Notes: a model not told the origin generated them from the sequence alone. A stretch of DNA of 64,000 nt from Squalus acanthias (GCA_030390025.1 CM059432.1:152398001-152462000); one strand, 5' to 3'; counted from the stretch's first letter, positions 13,475 through 24,090 are shown. Program-made: numbers and translations.

Positions 13475-15066
13475 CCTAAAATCCATGTAGACAACATCCA
13501 TTGCATTCCTTTCATCAATCCTGTTACTTCATCAAAAAATTCAATTAGATTAGTCAAACACAATCTGCCTTTTACAAATCCGTGTTGGCTCTCCTTAATT
13601 AGTTTAAACCTCTCCAAGTGCCCGTTCAATATTTCCTTAATTATTGTTTCTAAAACTTTACCCACCACTGATGTTAAACTGACCGGCCTGTAGTTACTAG
13701 GATTGTCCTTACACCCTTTCTTGAACAATGGTGTCACATTTGCCACTTTCCAATTCTCAGGCACCTCCCCCACATCTAGGGAAGATTGGAAAATTATGGC
13801 AAGCCCTTCCGCTATCTCCTCCCCCAATTTCCTTAGCAACCTGGGATGCAAGCCATCTGGACCAGGTGACTTATCCACTCTAAGCATACCCAGCCTTTCA
13901 AGTATATCCTGTCTATCAATTTTCACCCCTTCCACTGCATTTTCCTTTTCCACTTCTACCGATATTTTGTCAGCATCCACCTCCTTGGTAAACACCGATA
14001 CAAAGTACTCATTGAGTATTCTAGCCGTGCCCTGCGCCTCTAAGCATATATCACCTTCTTTGTCCCTAATAGGCCTCACCCCACCTCTTACTGCCCGCTT
14101 ACTGTTTACATGCCGGTAGAAGATTTTTGGGTTCCCATGGCAAGCTGTTTCACCTTGTCCAAAATAGTAGAATCTGAGGACATGGCCTGCACTTGAAGGG
14201 GGGTAAATTCAAAACTGCAGACCCATTATTTCAGTGAGAAAGTGCTAAATCTATGGAACAGGATCCCTAGGAAGATGGTGGTAGCAGATAGTATTGATTC
14301 ATTCCTTCAATTGAAACTTGGATAGATTTCTTTCTGAAAATAATATTTTGGGATACACGACGAGTAATTTGAGACATGATATGTGGTAATAGCCTGCTTG
14401 TATACACGCACGGTTCAACTGCCTACTCCACTGAATTCCCAATCTCAGCTGTACTGCTGTTGAAGGTCCTAAGCAATATAAATTTAGCTGACTAATGTAT
14501 CACAATCTTGTCCTCTCCCAACTTTACTCATCCATTCATACTGCTTCCTCTCACTACCACCTCCTTCAGATTCTATATCCAAGCAAGGGAGAATCACGAG
14601 GTCCACTAAAGGAGGCAGAAGTGAGAAGTCGCACAACACCAGGTTATAGTCCAACAGGTTTATTTGAAATCACAAGCTTTCGGAGCGGATGCTCCTTCGT
14701 CCGGTGAAGTGAAGAAATACAAATGGGCACAGCATATATAGACAGAGAACAATGCCTGTGCAGAGAACAATTCCAGACGACTACAGTTAATCTTTCTAAC
14801 TGCCTTTTATCACACCTCGGCAGAGAGACAATCACGGCAATCAAATCCAACCAGGAAGACATTACATCAAAGACGATAGCAAACTACAACAAAGACAATG
14901 AGGTGGGGTCACAAGGGGTCTAATGTGTCAGATGCTGCAGTCTGTATGGAAAACCAAAAACTTTAAACTTTTTACTTTTTTTTACTGGAAATCACATCTG
15001 TGAACAAGCCAACGACGACTCGAGTCTGGATGACTCTACGTCAGGTGGGGTTACATGTAGCGTGAC

Positions 15067-16563
15067 ATGAACCCAAGATCACGGTTAAAACTGAAACCCA
15101 TCGTACAGGGAACCCCCAGCTTCTGCCGCGACACTACAGACTTCTTGCAGAAACTCAGCACCCATGGACCAGTTGAACCAGGAACACTCCTCGCCACGAC
15201 GGACGTATCGGCACTCTACACCAGTATCCCCCACGATGACGACATCGCTGCGACAGCCTCAGTACTCAACACCAACAACAGCCAATCTCCACACGCCATC
15301 CTACAACTCATCCGCTTCATCCTTGACCACGTCTTCACCTTCGACAACCAGTTTTTTACCCAAACACACGGAACAGCCATGGGGACCAAATTCGCACCCC
15401 AATACGCCAACATCTTCATGCACAAGTTCGAGCAAGACTTCTTCACTGCACAGGACCTCCAACCAACGCTGTACACAAGATACATCGACGACATTTTCTT
15501 CCTTTGGACCCACGGCGAAGGATCACTGAAAAGACTACACGATAACATCAACAAGTTCCATCCCACCATCAAACTCACCATGGACTACTCCTCAGAATCG
15601 GTTTCATTCTTGGACACACGAATCTCCATCAAAGACGGACACCTCAGCACTTCACTCTACCGCAAGCCCACGGACAACCTCACGATGCTCCACTTCTCCA
15701 GCTTCCACCCTAACCACGTTAAAGAAGCCATCCCCTATGGACAAGCCCTGCGAATACACAGGATCTGCTCAGACGAGGAGGAACGCGATGGACACCTACG
15801 GACGCTGAAAGACGCCCTCGTAAGAACGGGATATGACGCTCGACTTGTTGATCGACAGTTCCGACGGGCCACAGCGAAAAATCGCATAGACCTCCTCAGA
15901 AGGCGAACACGGGACACAACCAACAGAGTACCCTACGTCGTCCAGTACTTCCCCGGAGCGGAGAAACTACGCCATGTTCTTCGCAGCCTTCAACATGTCA
16001 TCGATGACAACAAACACCTCGCTAAGGCCATCCCCACGTCTCCACTACTCGCCTTCAAACAGCCGCCTAACCTCAAAAATACCATCGTTCGCAGCAAATT
16101 ACCCAGCTTTCAGGAGAACAGCGACCACGACACCACACAACCCTGCCACTGCAACCTCTGCAAGACATGCCAGATCATCAACACAGATACCATCATCACA
16201 CGTGAGGACACTACCCACCAGGTACATGGTACATACTCATGTGACTCGGCCAACGTTGTCTACCTCATACGTTGCAGGAAAGGATGCCCCGGAGCATGGT
16301 ACATTGGCGAGACCATGCAGACACTGCGACAACGTATGAACGGACACCGCGCAACAATCGCCAGGCAGGAGTGTTACCTCCCAGTCGGGGAACACTTCAG
16401 CAATCAAGGACATTCAGCCTCGGATCTTCGGGTAAGCGTTCTCCAAGGCGGCCTTCGAGACACACGACAACGCAAAATCATCGAGCAGAAACTGATAGCC
16501 AAGTTCTGCACCCATGAGGACGGCCTCAACCGTGATCTTGGGTTCATGTCACGCTACATGTAA
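15067..16563 (+). CDS. PLE reverse transcriptase + GIY-YIG endonuclease (N-terminally truncated, open for 498 codons)
   Basis: DVSALYTSIP, GTAMGTKFAP, RYIDDIF, Cys linker CHCNLCKTC, VVYLIRC..WYIGET..RMNGH..GLN. The first few codons derive from the inverted segment. Confidence 0.93.
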   Translation: MNPRSRLKLKPIVQGTPSFCRDTTDFLQKLSTHGPVEPGTLLATTDVSALYTSIPHDDDIAATASVLNTNNSQSPHAILQLIRFILDHVFTFDNQFFTQTHGTAMGTKFAPQYANIFMHKFEQDFFTAQDLQPTLYTRYIDDIFFLWTHGEGSLKRLHDNINKFHPTIKLTMDYSSESVSFLDTRISIKDGHLSTSLYRKPTDNLTMLHFSSFHPNHVKEAIPYGQALRIHRICSDEEERDGHLRTLKDALVRTGYDARLVDRQFRRATAKNRIDLLRRRTRDTTNRVPYVVQYFPGAEKLRHVLRSLQHVIDDNKHLAKAIPTSPLLAFKQPPNLKNTIVRSKLPSFQENSDHDTTQPCHCNLCKTCQIINTDTIITREDTTHQVHGTYSCDSANVVYLIRCRKGCPGAWYIGETMQTLRQRMNGHRATIARQECYLPVGEHFSNQGHSASDLRVSVLQGGLRDTRQRKIIEQKLIAKFCTHEDGLNRDLGFMSRYM

Positions 16564-16977
16564 CCCCACCTGACGTAGTCATCCAGTCTCGAGTCGTTGG
16601 CTTGTTCACAGATGTGATTTCCAGTAAAAAAAAAAGTAAAAAGTTTAAAGTTTTTGGTTTTTCATACAGACTGCAGCATCTGACACATTAGACCCCTTGT
16701 GACCCCACCTCATTGTCTTTGTTGTAGTTTGCTATCGTCTTTGATGTAATGTCTTCCTGGTTGGATTTGATTGCCGTGATTGTCTCTCTGCCGAGGTGTG
16801 ATAAAAGGCAGTTAGAAAGATTAACTGTAGTCGTCTGGAATTGTTCTCTGCACAGGCATTGTTCTCTGTCTATATATGCTGTGCCCATTTGTATTTCTTC
16901 ACTTCACCGGACGAAGGAGCATCCGCTCCGAAAGCTTGTGATTTCAAATAAACCTGTTGGACTATAACCTGGTGTTG

Positions 16978-17175
16978 ATCTTTTTGGTTGGACAACACAA
17001 ATTTACTGTAAATCAATTAAAACTTGAAATGAAACTTAATAAATCAAATTAAAATTTGAAAGTCCGGGGTGACGATGCACTCCAGTCCCCGCGGCGCCCA
17101 CCGGTCGCGGAAAAACTCAAGCGTGCCGGCGGACACCGCGTGCTCCATCTCCAGGGCCACCCGGGCGCGAACATG
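16978..17175 (-). mobile_element. 5'-truncated L1/Tx1-type LINE inserted in the PLE terminal repeat
   Basis: 15-bp TSD tataacctggtgttg at 16963-16977 and 17176-17190. Minus frame 17175-17044 reads HVRARVALEMEHAVSAGTLEFFRDRWAPRGLECIVTPDFQILI*, resembling Tx1 ORF2 C-termini, followed by a T-rich 3' UTR ending ccaaaaagat. Confidence 0.75.
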
Positions 17176-17794
17176 TATAACCTGGTGTTGTGCGACTTCT
17201 CACTTTTGTCCACCCCAGTCCAACACCGGCATCTCCGCATAAAGGAGGCAGGGCATAGTTGTGCTCATTACTGGTAAACTGCTCTATGTCTCCACTGCGA
17301 AAGTGCACAGATAATCCCCACTGAAAACACAACTCTCCTTCACTTGGAGAGGTAGCAAAGTGGCAGAGAAAACGAAGGCAGAGAAAAAGCAGAAAGTAAG
17401 CAACAAAAAAAAGGAACAAGCTATGAAAGGCCAAAACACTACGGTAGTTTTGAACTACTCAACAAACCATCTTTAATTTTGGGTGACAGGAGTGGTCAAA
17501 ATCTTTATTAAATATCATACATGCAAGTTAAAATATATCCCAGCGACAGTACCCGGACATACTGAACTCCCCCTTGACAACATTCAGGCTCCACACCCCT
17601 TCCCCCAGCTCCTCCATCCCATCCAGAGTCTTGATAGACTTAAAACAAACTTAAGATAACTTCAATTACTCGACACAAGACTGCAATACTTCCGGTTTAA
17701 AAAAATGCAGGTATCAGTTATGGAAATACTTTTGAACCGCCAATTCAAATAAAACAGAGAACAAAGGGCAATGCCGTATAGCAACTTTACATTT

Positions 17795-18752
17795 ACATAG
17801 ATACATAGATACATAGAAGATAGGAGCAGGAGTAGGCCATCCGGCCCTTCGAGCCTGCTCCGCCATTTAATGAGATCATGGCTGATCCTCCAATTCAGTA
17901 TCCCGTCCCCGCCTTCTCTCCGTAACCCTTAACCCCTTTTGCCTGTAGAAATATATCTAATTCCCTCTTAAATATATTTAATGAGCTGGCGTACACTGCC
18001 CTCTGTGGCAATGAGTTCCACAGGTTCACCACCCTCTGAGTGAAGAAATTCCCCCTCATTTCTGTCCTAAATGGTTTAGCCCTTATCCTTAAATTATGTC
18101 CTCTAGTTCTGTTCTCACCCGCCAAGGGAAACATTCCTTCTGCATCTAGTCTGTCTAGACCTGTCAGAATTTTATACACTTCTATGAGGTCCCCTCTCAA
18201 TCTTCTAAACTCCAGTGTGTACATCCCTAAACTACATAGTCTCTCCTCATAGGTCAATCCCGCCATTCCTGGTATCAGCCTGGTGAATCGCCGCTGCACC
18301 CCCTCCATGGCAAGAACATCTTTCCTCAGATGAGGCGACCAAAACTGTACACAGTACTCGAGGTGTGGTCTCACCAGTGCCCTGTACAGCTGCAGCAAGG
18401 TATCCCTCTTCCTGTATTCCAACCCTTTTGCTATGAAGGCCAGCATACCGTTTGCCTTCTTGACCGCCTGTTGCACCTGCATGCGCGCCTTCAGTGACTG
18501 GTGTACAAGAACACCCAGGTCTCTCTGTACTTCCCCCTCTCCCAATTTATTGCCATTTAAATAATAATTTGCCCTCCCGTTCCTGCACCCAAGGTGGATA
18601 ACTTCGCACTTGTCCACATTATAGTGCATCTGCCATTTATCCGCCCAATCACTCAGTCTGTCCAAATCGCTCTGGAGCTTCCTGGTCTCCTCCTCTGAGC
18701 CCACCCCCCCTCCTAGTTTAGTGTCGTCTGCAAATTTGGAAATGCTGCATCC
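17795..18752 (-). mobile_element. Young CR1 3' fragment
   Basis: Open 269-aa ORF 17895-18704. The 3' part is nearly identical to 11839-12191. Confidence 0.93.
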
Positions 18753-18769
18753 GACTCAGCTTAATGTGT

Positions 18770-18988
18770 CAAGAGTCTCTTCGCCGGGAGCAAGCGGAAG
18801 CCAAGCGCAAACAGCGGAAGGTGCACACGTCAACCCAAGCACCCCACCCACCCATTCAACCACCGTCTGCCCCACCTGTGGCAGAGACTGTTGGTCCCAC
18901 ATTGGACTCATCAGTCACTTGAGAACTCATTTTTAGTGTGGAAGCATGTCATCCTCGGTTCCGAGGGACTGCCTAAGAAGAGGAGGAG
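18770..18988 (+). mobile_element. RTE (BovB-like) LINE 3' fragment
   Basis: C-terminal zinc finger CPTCGRDC.SHIGLISHLRTH and tail gactgcctaagaag. Same family as 24641-25452. Confidence 0.82.
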
Positions 18989-19199
18989 TCAAAAGGCATA
19001 GATAGATCTTAAATCCTGAAGCTGAGGATTTCACCGAAATTCAATTATTCTCCGGTGTCTATGAATTGCTGACATTTATATAAACCTGACTGAACACTCA
19101 GTAACCAGATAGGCACCTGGGACAGCAACGATGCACCAAACGCTGGTTTTAAAATCAGCTGCTTCATTTTTTTTTAAACACTAATAATACTGCAGTTCC

Positions 19200-22100
19200 C
19201 CACATTCCCCCCCCCCCGCCCACCAGCTCCCCACACCCCCAACCATCCTCAATCCACACGCCCACCCACCACACCCCCCGCCCTAACCACCCAACCGCTC
19301 CATACCCACACCCCAACTCTCTCCCCCTCCCATCTCGCTCCCCTCGCCTCACTCTTACCCTCATTCTCCCCCCTCGCCCTCTCCCCCCCCCTCGCCCTCA
19401 GTCTCTCAACCCCTCACCCTCTCACCCCCCCTCCCCCCTCCCACCCCCCTCGCGCGCTCTCCCCCCCCACCCGCGCTCTCCCCCCCTCTCGCTCTCCCCA
19501 CCCCCTCGCCCACTCTCGCTCCCCCCCCTCGCCCGCTCTCCCCCCCCCCCTCGCCCGCTCTCCCCCCCCCCTCGCCCGCTCTCCCCCCCCCCCTCGCTCT
19601 CCCCCCCCCCTCGCCCTCTCTCCCCCCCCTCGCCCTCTCCCCCCCCCCTCGCCCTCTCTCTCGCCCTCTCTCCCCCCCCTCGCCCGCTCTCTCCCCCCCC
19701 TCGCCCGCTCTCTCCCCCCTGCCCCCCCCCCCCTCGCCCCCCCCCCCTCTCTCTCTCTCCCCCCCCGCCTCGCCCCCCCCCCCCTCTCTCTCCCCCCCCC
19801 CCTCTCCTCCCCCCCCCCCCCCCCTCGCCCCCCCCCCCCCCCTCTCGCCCCCCCCCCCTCCCTCGCCCTCTCCCCCCCCCGCCCTCCTCCCCCCCCCCGC
19901 CCTCGTCCCCCCCTCCTCGCCCTCCCCCCCCCCCTCGCCCTCCCCCCCCCCCTCGCCCTCCCCCCCCCCCTCGCCCTCTCTCCCCCCCCCCTCGCCCTCT
20001 CTCTCTCCCCCCCTCGCCCTCTCTCCCCCCCCCCCGCCCGCTCTCTTCCCCCCCCCGCCCTCTCTCTCCCCCCCCGCCCTCTCTCTCCCCCCCGCCCTCT
20101 CTCTCCCCCCCGCCCTCTCTCTCCCCCCCCCCGCCCACTCTCTCCCCCCCCCCTGCCCTCGCCCACTCTCCCCCCCCTGCCCTCGCCCACTCTCTCCCCC
20201 CCTGCCCTCGCCCACTCTCTCCCCCCCTGCCCTCGCCCACTCTCTCCCCCCCTGCCCTCGCCCACTCTCTCCCCCCCTGCCCTCGCCCACTCTCTCCCCC
20301 CCTGCCCTCGCCCACTCTCTCCCCCCCCCTCGCCCACCTCTCTCCCCCCCTGCCCTCGCCCACTCTCTCCCCCCCTCCCTCGCCCACTCTCTCCCCCCCT
20401 CCCTCGCCCTCTCTCTCCCCCCCTCCCTCGCCCACTCTCTCCCCCCCCTGCCCTCGCCCTCTCTCTCCCCCCCTGCCCTCGCCCTCTCTCTCCCCCCCCC
20501 TCGCCCCTCTCTCCCCCCCCCTCGCCCACTCTCTCCCCCCCTCGCCCTCTCTCTCCCCCCCTCGCCCGCTCTCTCCCCCCCTCGCCCACTCTCTCTCCCC
20601 CCTGCCCTCGCCCACTCTCTCTCCCCCCTGCCCTCGCCCACTCTCTCCCCCCCTGCCCTCGCCCACCTCTCTCTCCCCCCTGCCCTCGCCCACTCTCTCC
20701 CCCCCTGCCCTCGCCCACTCTCTCCCCAGCCCTCGCCCACTCTCCCCCCCTGCCCTCGCCCACTCTCTCCCCCCCCTGCCCTCGCCCACTCTCTCCCCCC
20801 CTGCCCTCGCCCACTCTCTCCCCCCCTGCCCTCGCCCACTCTCTCCCCCCCTGCCCTCGCCCACTCTCTCCCCCCCTGCCCTCGCCCACTCTCTCCCCCC
20901 TGCCCTCGCCAACTCTCTCCCCCCCTGCCCTCGCCCACTCTCTCCCCCCCTGCCCTCGCCCACTCTCTCCCCAGCCCTCGCCCACTCTCTCCCCACCCCC
21001 CTCGCCCACTCTCCTCCCCCCCTCGCCCACTCTCTCCCCCCCTCGCCCACCTCTCTCCCCCCTGCCCTCGCCCACTCTCTCCCCCCCCTGCCCTCGCCCA
21101 CTCTCTCCACAGCCCTCGCCCACTCTCTCCCCCCCCTGCCCTCGCCCACTCTCTCCCCCCCTGCCCTCGCCCACTCTCCCCCCCTGCCCTCGCCCACTCT
21201 CCCCCCCTGCCCTCGCCCACTCTCTCCCCAGCCCTCGCCCACTCTCTCCCCAGCCCTCGCCCACTCTCTCCCCAGCCCTCGCCCACTCTCTCCCCCCCCC
21301 CGCCCACTCTCTCCCCCCCCCCGCCCACTCTCTCCCCCCCCGCCCTCGCCCACTCTCTCCCCCCCCGCCCTCGCCCACTCTCTCCCCAGCCCTCGCCCAC
21401 TCTCTCCCCAGCCCTCGCCCACTCTCTCCCAGCCCTCGCCCACTCTCTCCCCAGCCCTCGCCCACTCTCTCCCCAGCCCTCGCCCACTCTCTCCCCAGCC
21501 CTCGCCCACTCTCTCCCCAGCCCTCGCCCACTCTCTCCCCAGCCCTCGCCCACTCTCTCCCCAGCCCTCGCCCACTCTCTCCCCCCCTGCCCTCGCCCAC
21601 TCTCTCCCCCCTGCCCTCGCCCACTCTCTCCCCCCTGCCCTCGCCCACTCTCTCCCCCCCTGCCCTCGCCCACTCTCTCCCCCCCTGCCCTCGCCCACTC
21701 TCTCCCCCCCTGCCCTCGCCCACTCTCTCCCCCCCTGCCCTCGCCCACTCTCTCCCCCCTGCCCTCGCCCACTCTCTCCCCCCCTGCCCTCGCCCACTCT
21801 CTCCCCCCCTGCCCTCGCCCACTCTCTCCCCCCTGCCCTCGCCCACTCTCTCCCCAGCCCTCGCCCACTCTCCCCAGCCCTCGCCCACTCTCTCCCCAGC
21901 CCTCGCCCACTCTCTCCCCAGCCCTCGCCCACTCTCTCCCCAGCCCTCGCCCACTCTCTCCCCCCCCCCCAGCCCACTCTCTCCCCCCCCCCAGCCCACT
22001 CTCTCCCACCCCCCCAGCCCACTCTCTCCACCCCCCCAGCCCACTCTCTCCCCCCCCTGCCCTCGCCCACTCTCTCCCCTGCCCTCGCCCACTCTCTCCC

Positions 22101-22825
22101 CTGCCCTCACCCACACTCTCTCCTCCCACGCCCTCGCCCACACTCTCTCCTCCCACGCCCTCGCCCACTCTCTCCCCAACCCTCGCCCACTCTCTCCCCA
22201 ACCCTCGCCCACTCTCTCTCCCCCCTGCCCTCGCCCACTCTCTCCCCCCCTGCCCTCGCCCACTCTCTCCCCCCCTGCCCTCGCCCTCTCTCTCCCCTGC
22301 CCTCGCCCTCTCCCTCTCTCCCCTGCCCTCGCCCTCTCCCTCTCTCCCCTGCCCTCGCCCACTCTCTCCCCCCCTGCCCTCGCCCACTCTCTCCCCTGCC
22401 CTCGCCCACTCTCTCCCCAGCCCTCGCCCACTCTCTCCCCAGCCCTCGCCCACTCTCTCCCCAGCCCTCGCCCACTCTCTCCCCCCTGCCCTCGCCCACT
22501 CTCCCCCCCTGCCCTCGCCCACTCTCTCCCCCCCTGCCCTCGCCCACTCTCTCCCCCCCTGCCCTCGCCCACTCTCCCCCCCTGCCCTCGCCCACTCTCT
22601 CCCCAGCCCTCGCCCACTCTCTCTCCCCCCTGCCCTCGCCCACTCTCTCCCCCTGCCCTCGCCCACTCTCTCCCCCCCTGCCCTCGCCCACTCTCTCCCC
22701 CCCTGCCCTCGCCCACTCTCTCCCCCCAGCCCTCGCCCACTCTCTCCCCCAGCCGTCGCCCACTCTCTCCCCCCCCTGCCCTCGCCCACACTCTCCCCCC
22801 TGCCCTCGCCCACACTCTCTCCTCC
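19200..22825. repeat. C-rich (G-rich on the FBXL2 sense strand) minisatellite, unit ~22-26 bp ccctcgcccactctctcccccc(ct/a)g
   Basis: Tandem array visible directly, degenerating toward 19200. Confidence 0.97.
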
Positions 22826-23420
22826 CCCTTCCCTTACCCCCTCTACCCCCCTTCCCTTACCCCCTCTCCCACCTCTCCCCCCTTCCCTTACCCCCTCTCC
22901 CACCCCTCCCCCCCCTCCCTTACCCCTCCCCCCCCTCCCTTACCCCTCCCCCCCTCCCTTACCCCTCTCCCCCTACCCTCCCTTACCCCTCTCCCCCTAC
23001 CCTCCCTTACCCCTCTCCCCCTACCCTCCCTTACCCCTCTCCCCCTACCCTCCCTTACCCCTCTCCCCCTACCCTCCCTTACCCCTCTCCCCCTACCCTC
23101 CCTTACCCCTCTCCCCCTACCCTCCCTTACCCCTCTCCCCCTACCCTCCCTTACCCCTTTCACCCCCCTTACCCTCCCTTACCCCTCTCACCCCCCTTAC
23201 CCTCCCTTACCCCTCTCACCCCCCTTACCCTCCCTTACCCCTCTCACCCCCCTTACCCTCCCTTACCCCTCTCACCACCCTTACCCTCCCTTACCCCTCT
23301 CACCCCCCCTTACCCTTACCCCTCTCACCCCTTTACTCAACCCCCCTTACCCCTCCCCTCAACTCCCCCCCACCTTACCCCTCCCCCCTTACCCCTCCCC
23401 CTCCCCCCTTACCCTACCCT
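22826..23420. repeat. Second minisatellite, unit ~24 bp cccttacccctctccccctaccct
   Basis: Tandem array visible directly, abutting the CpG island. Confidence 0.95.
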
Positions 23421-23429
23421 CATCACGGA

Positions 23430-24090
23430 AACGGAACGTCTCCCTTTTTCCTTCAAGCCGCTGGCGACTGACAACCAACCGCCCTGTGGGGCTCAGGCCT
23501 CCTGACAGGACAGCCCTCAGGCCGAGCTGGGCCGCCCTTCTCTCCCCGCCCGCTGTTGTGAAGCGGGGCTGCGGTGTCGGGGAGAGGCGAAGCGGGCGCT
23601 GCTCCCTCGGCCCGGCACACAGGCCCCGGCACCACCGCCCGTGCTGCGGCCGGGAGTGGAGGCAGTTCCCGAGGGGAAGGCGGCGGACTCACCTCGAAGC
23701 GGCCCCTGGTAATGCCATTCATGGCTCCGGCTCGCTCTCCCGGTGCCGCGCGCTCTCCCTCTCCCGGTGCCGGTGCCGCGCGCTCTCCCTCTCCCGGGCT
23801 CTCCCGCCGCTCCCGACTGACGATCCAACATGGACGCTCCAACCGTCGCCTGACGTCACACCGTCAAACACCAACACAACAAACTCGCTGATTAAAGGCT
23901 CTCACCTTCCATACCTTTACCCCGTCGGGGAAATTAAATACCTTTTCCAGTGAGGAGGAGGGGGGGGGCGCTTTCCACCTTGACAGGCTTTTTAAAGTTT
24001 ATAAACCGGCGTTGCGGCTCGCGACGCGCCCCAAGCGCCTGACGTCATTTCCCCGGGAACACAGCGCGTGGGGTTTGTTTTGGTTTGATC
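23430..24090 (-). promoter_or_regulatory. CpG island / promoter and 5' UTR of FBXL2 with two palindromic CRE sites
   Basis: GC- and CpG-rich unique sequence around exon 1. CGCC-TGACGTCA occurs at 23851-23858 and 24040-24047, with a TCGCGA core near 24019. Confidence 0.75.
23693..23722 (-). CDS. FBXL2: F-box/LRR-repeat protein 2, first coding exon (MNGITRGRFE)
   Basis: Minus strand reads GCC ATG AAT GGC ATT ACC AGG GGC CGC TTC GAG|gtgagt, a phase-0 donor inside a CpG island. The peptide matches the FBXL2/FBXL20-type N-terminus (NG.T..RFE) and joins in frame to the exon at 1401-1462. Confidence 0.88.

Larger units (their letters stand above)
10575..14136 (-). mobile_element. 5'-truncated CR1 LINE hosting two younger CR1 insertions
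   Basis: ORFs 13411-14079 and 10657-11160 on the minus strand are collinear CR1 ORF2 pieces. Confidence 0.9.
5835..14390 (+). mobile_element. Old CR1 ORF2 remnant split in three (approx 5835-6328, 9717-10572, 14137-14390) by younger insertions
   Basis: Collinear decayed RT motifs resume across the insertions (HLRILKEIA..PIFKKG, then VVYLDF..KFA.DTKL, then the C-terminus). Confidence 0.7.
14619..17239 (+). mobile_element. Penelope-like retroelement (Neptune-type), 5'-truncated with inverted terminal repeat
   Basis: 14619-15086 is the reverse complement of the 3' end (16528 onward). 12-bp TSD taaaggaggcag at 14607-14618 and 17240-17251. RT-GIY-YIG ORF lies between. Confidence 0.95.

Noticed and set aside
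14644..14923. Identical small ORFs at 14644-14923 and 16688-16967
   Set aside because: Incidental frames in the duplicated PLE terminal repeat.
19406..23163. Very long G/E/R-rich ORFs (up to 1165 aa) in all three minus frames
   Set aside because: By-product of a stop-free G/A satellite. They are open in every frame with non-ATG starts and no domain, and lie inside an intron.
22826..23420. Interstitial telomere (TAAGGG resembles TTAGGG)
   Set aside because: No TTAGGG hexamer array. The unit is a ~24-bp minisatellite.
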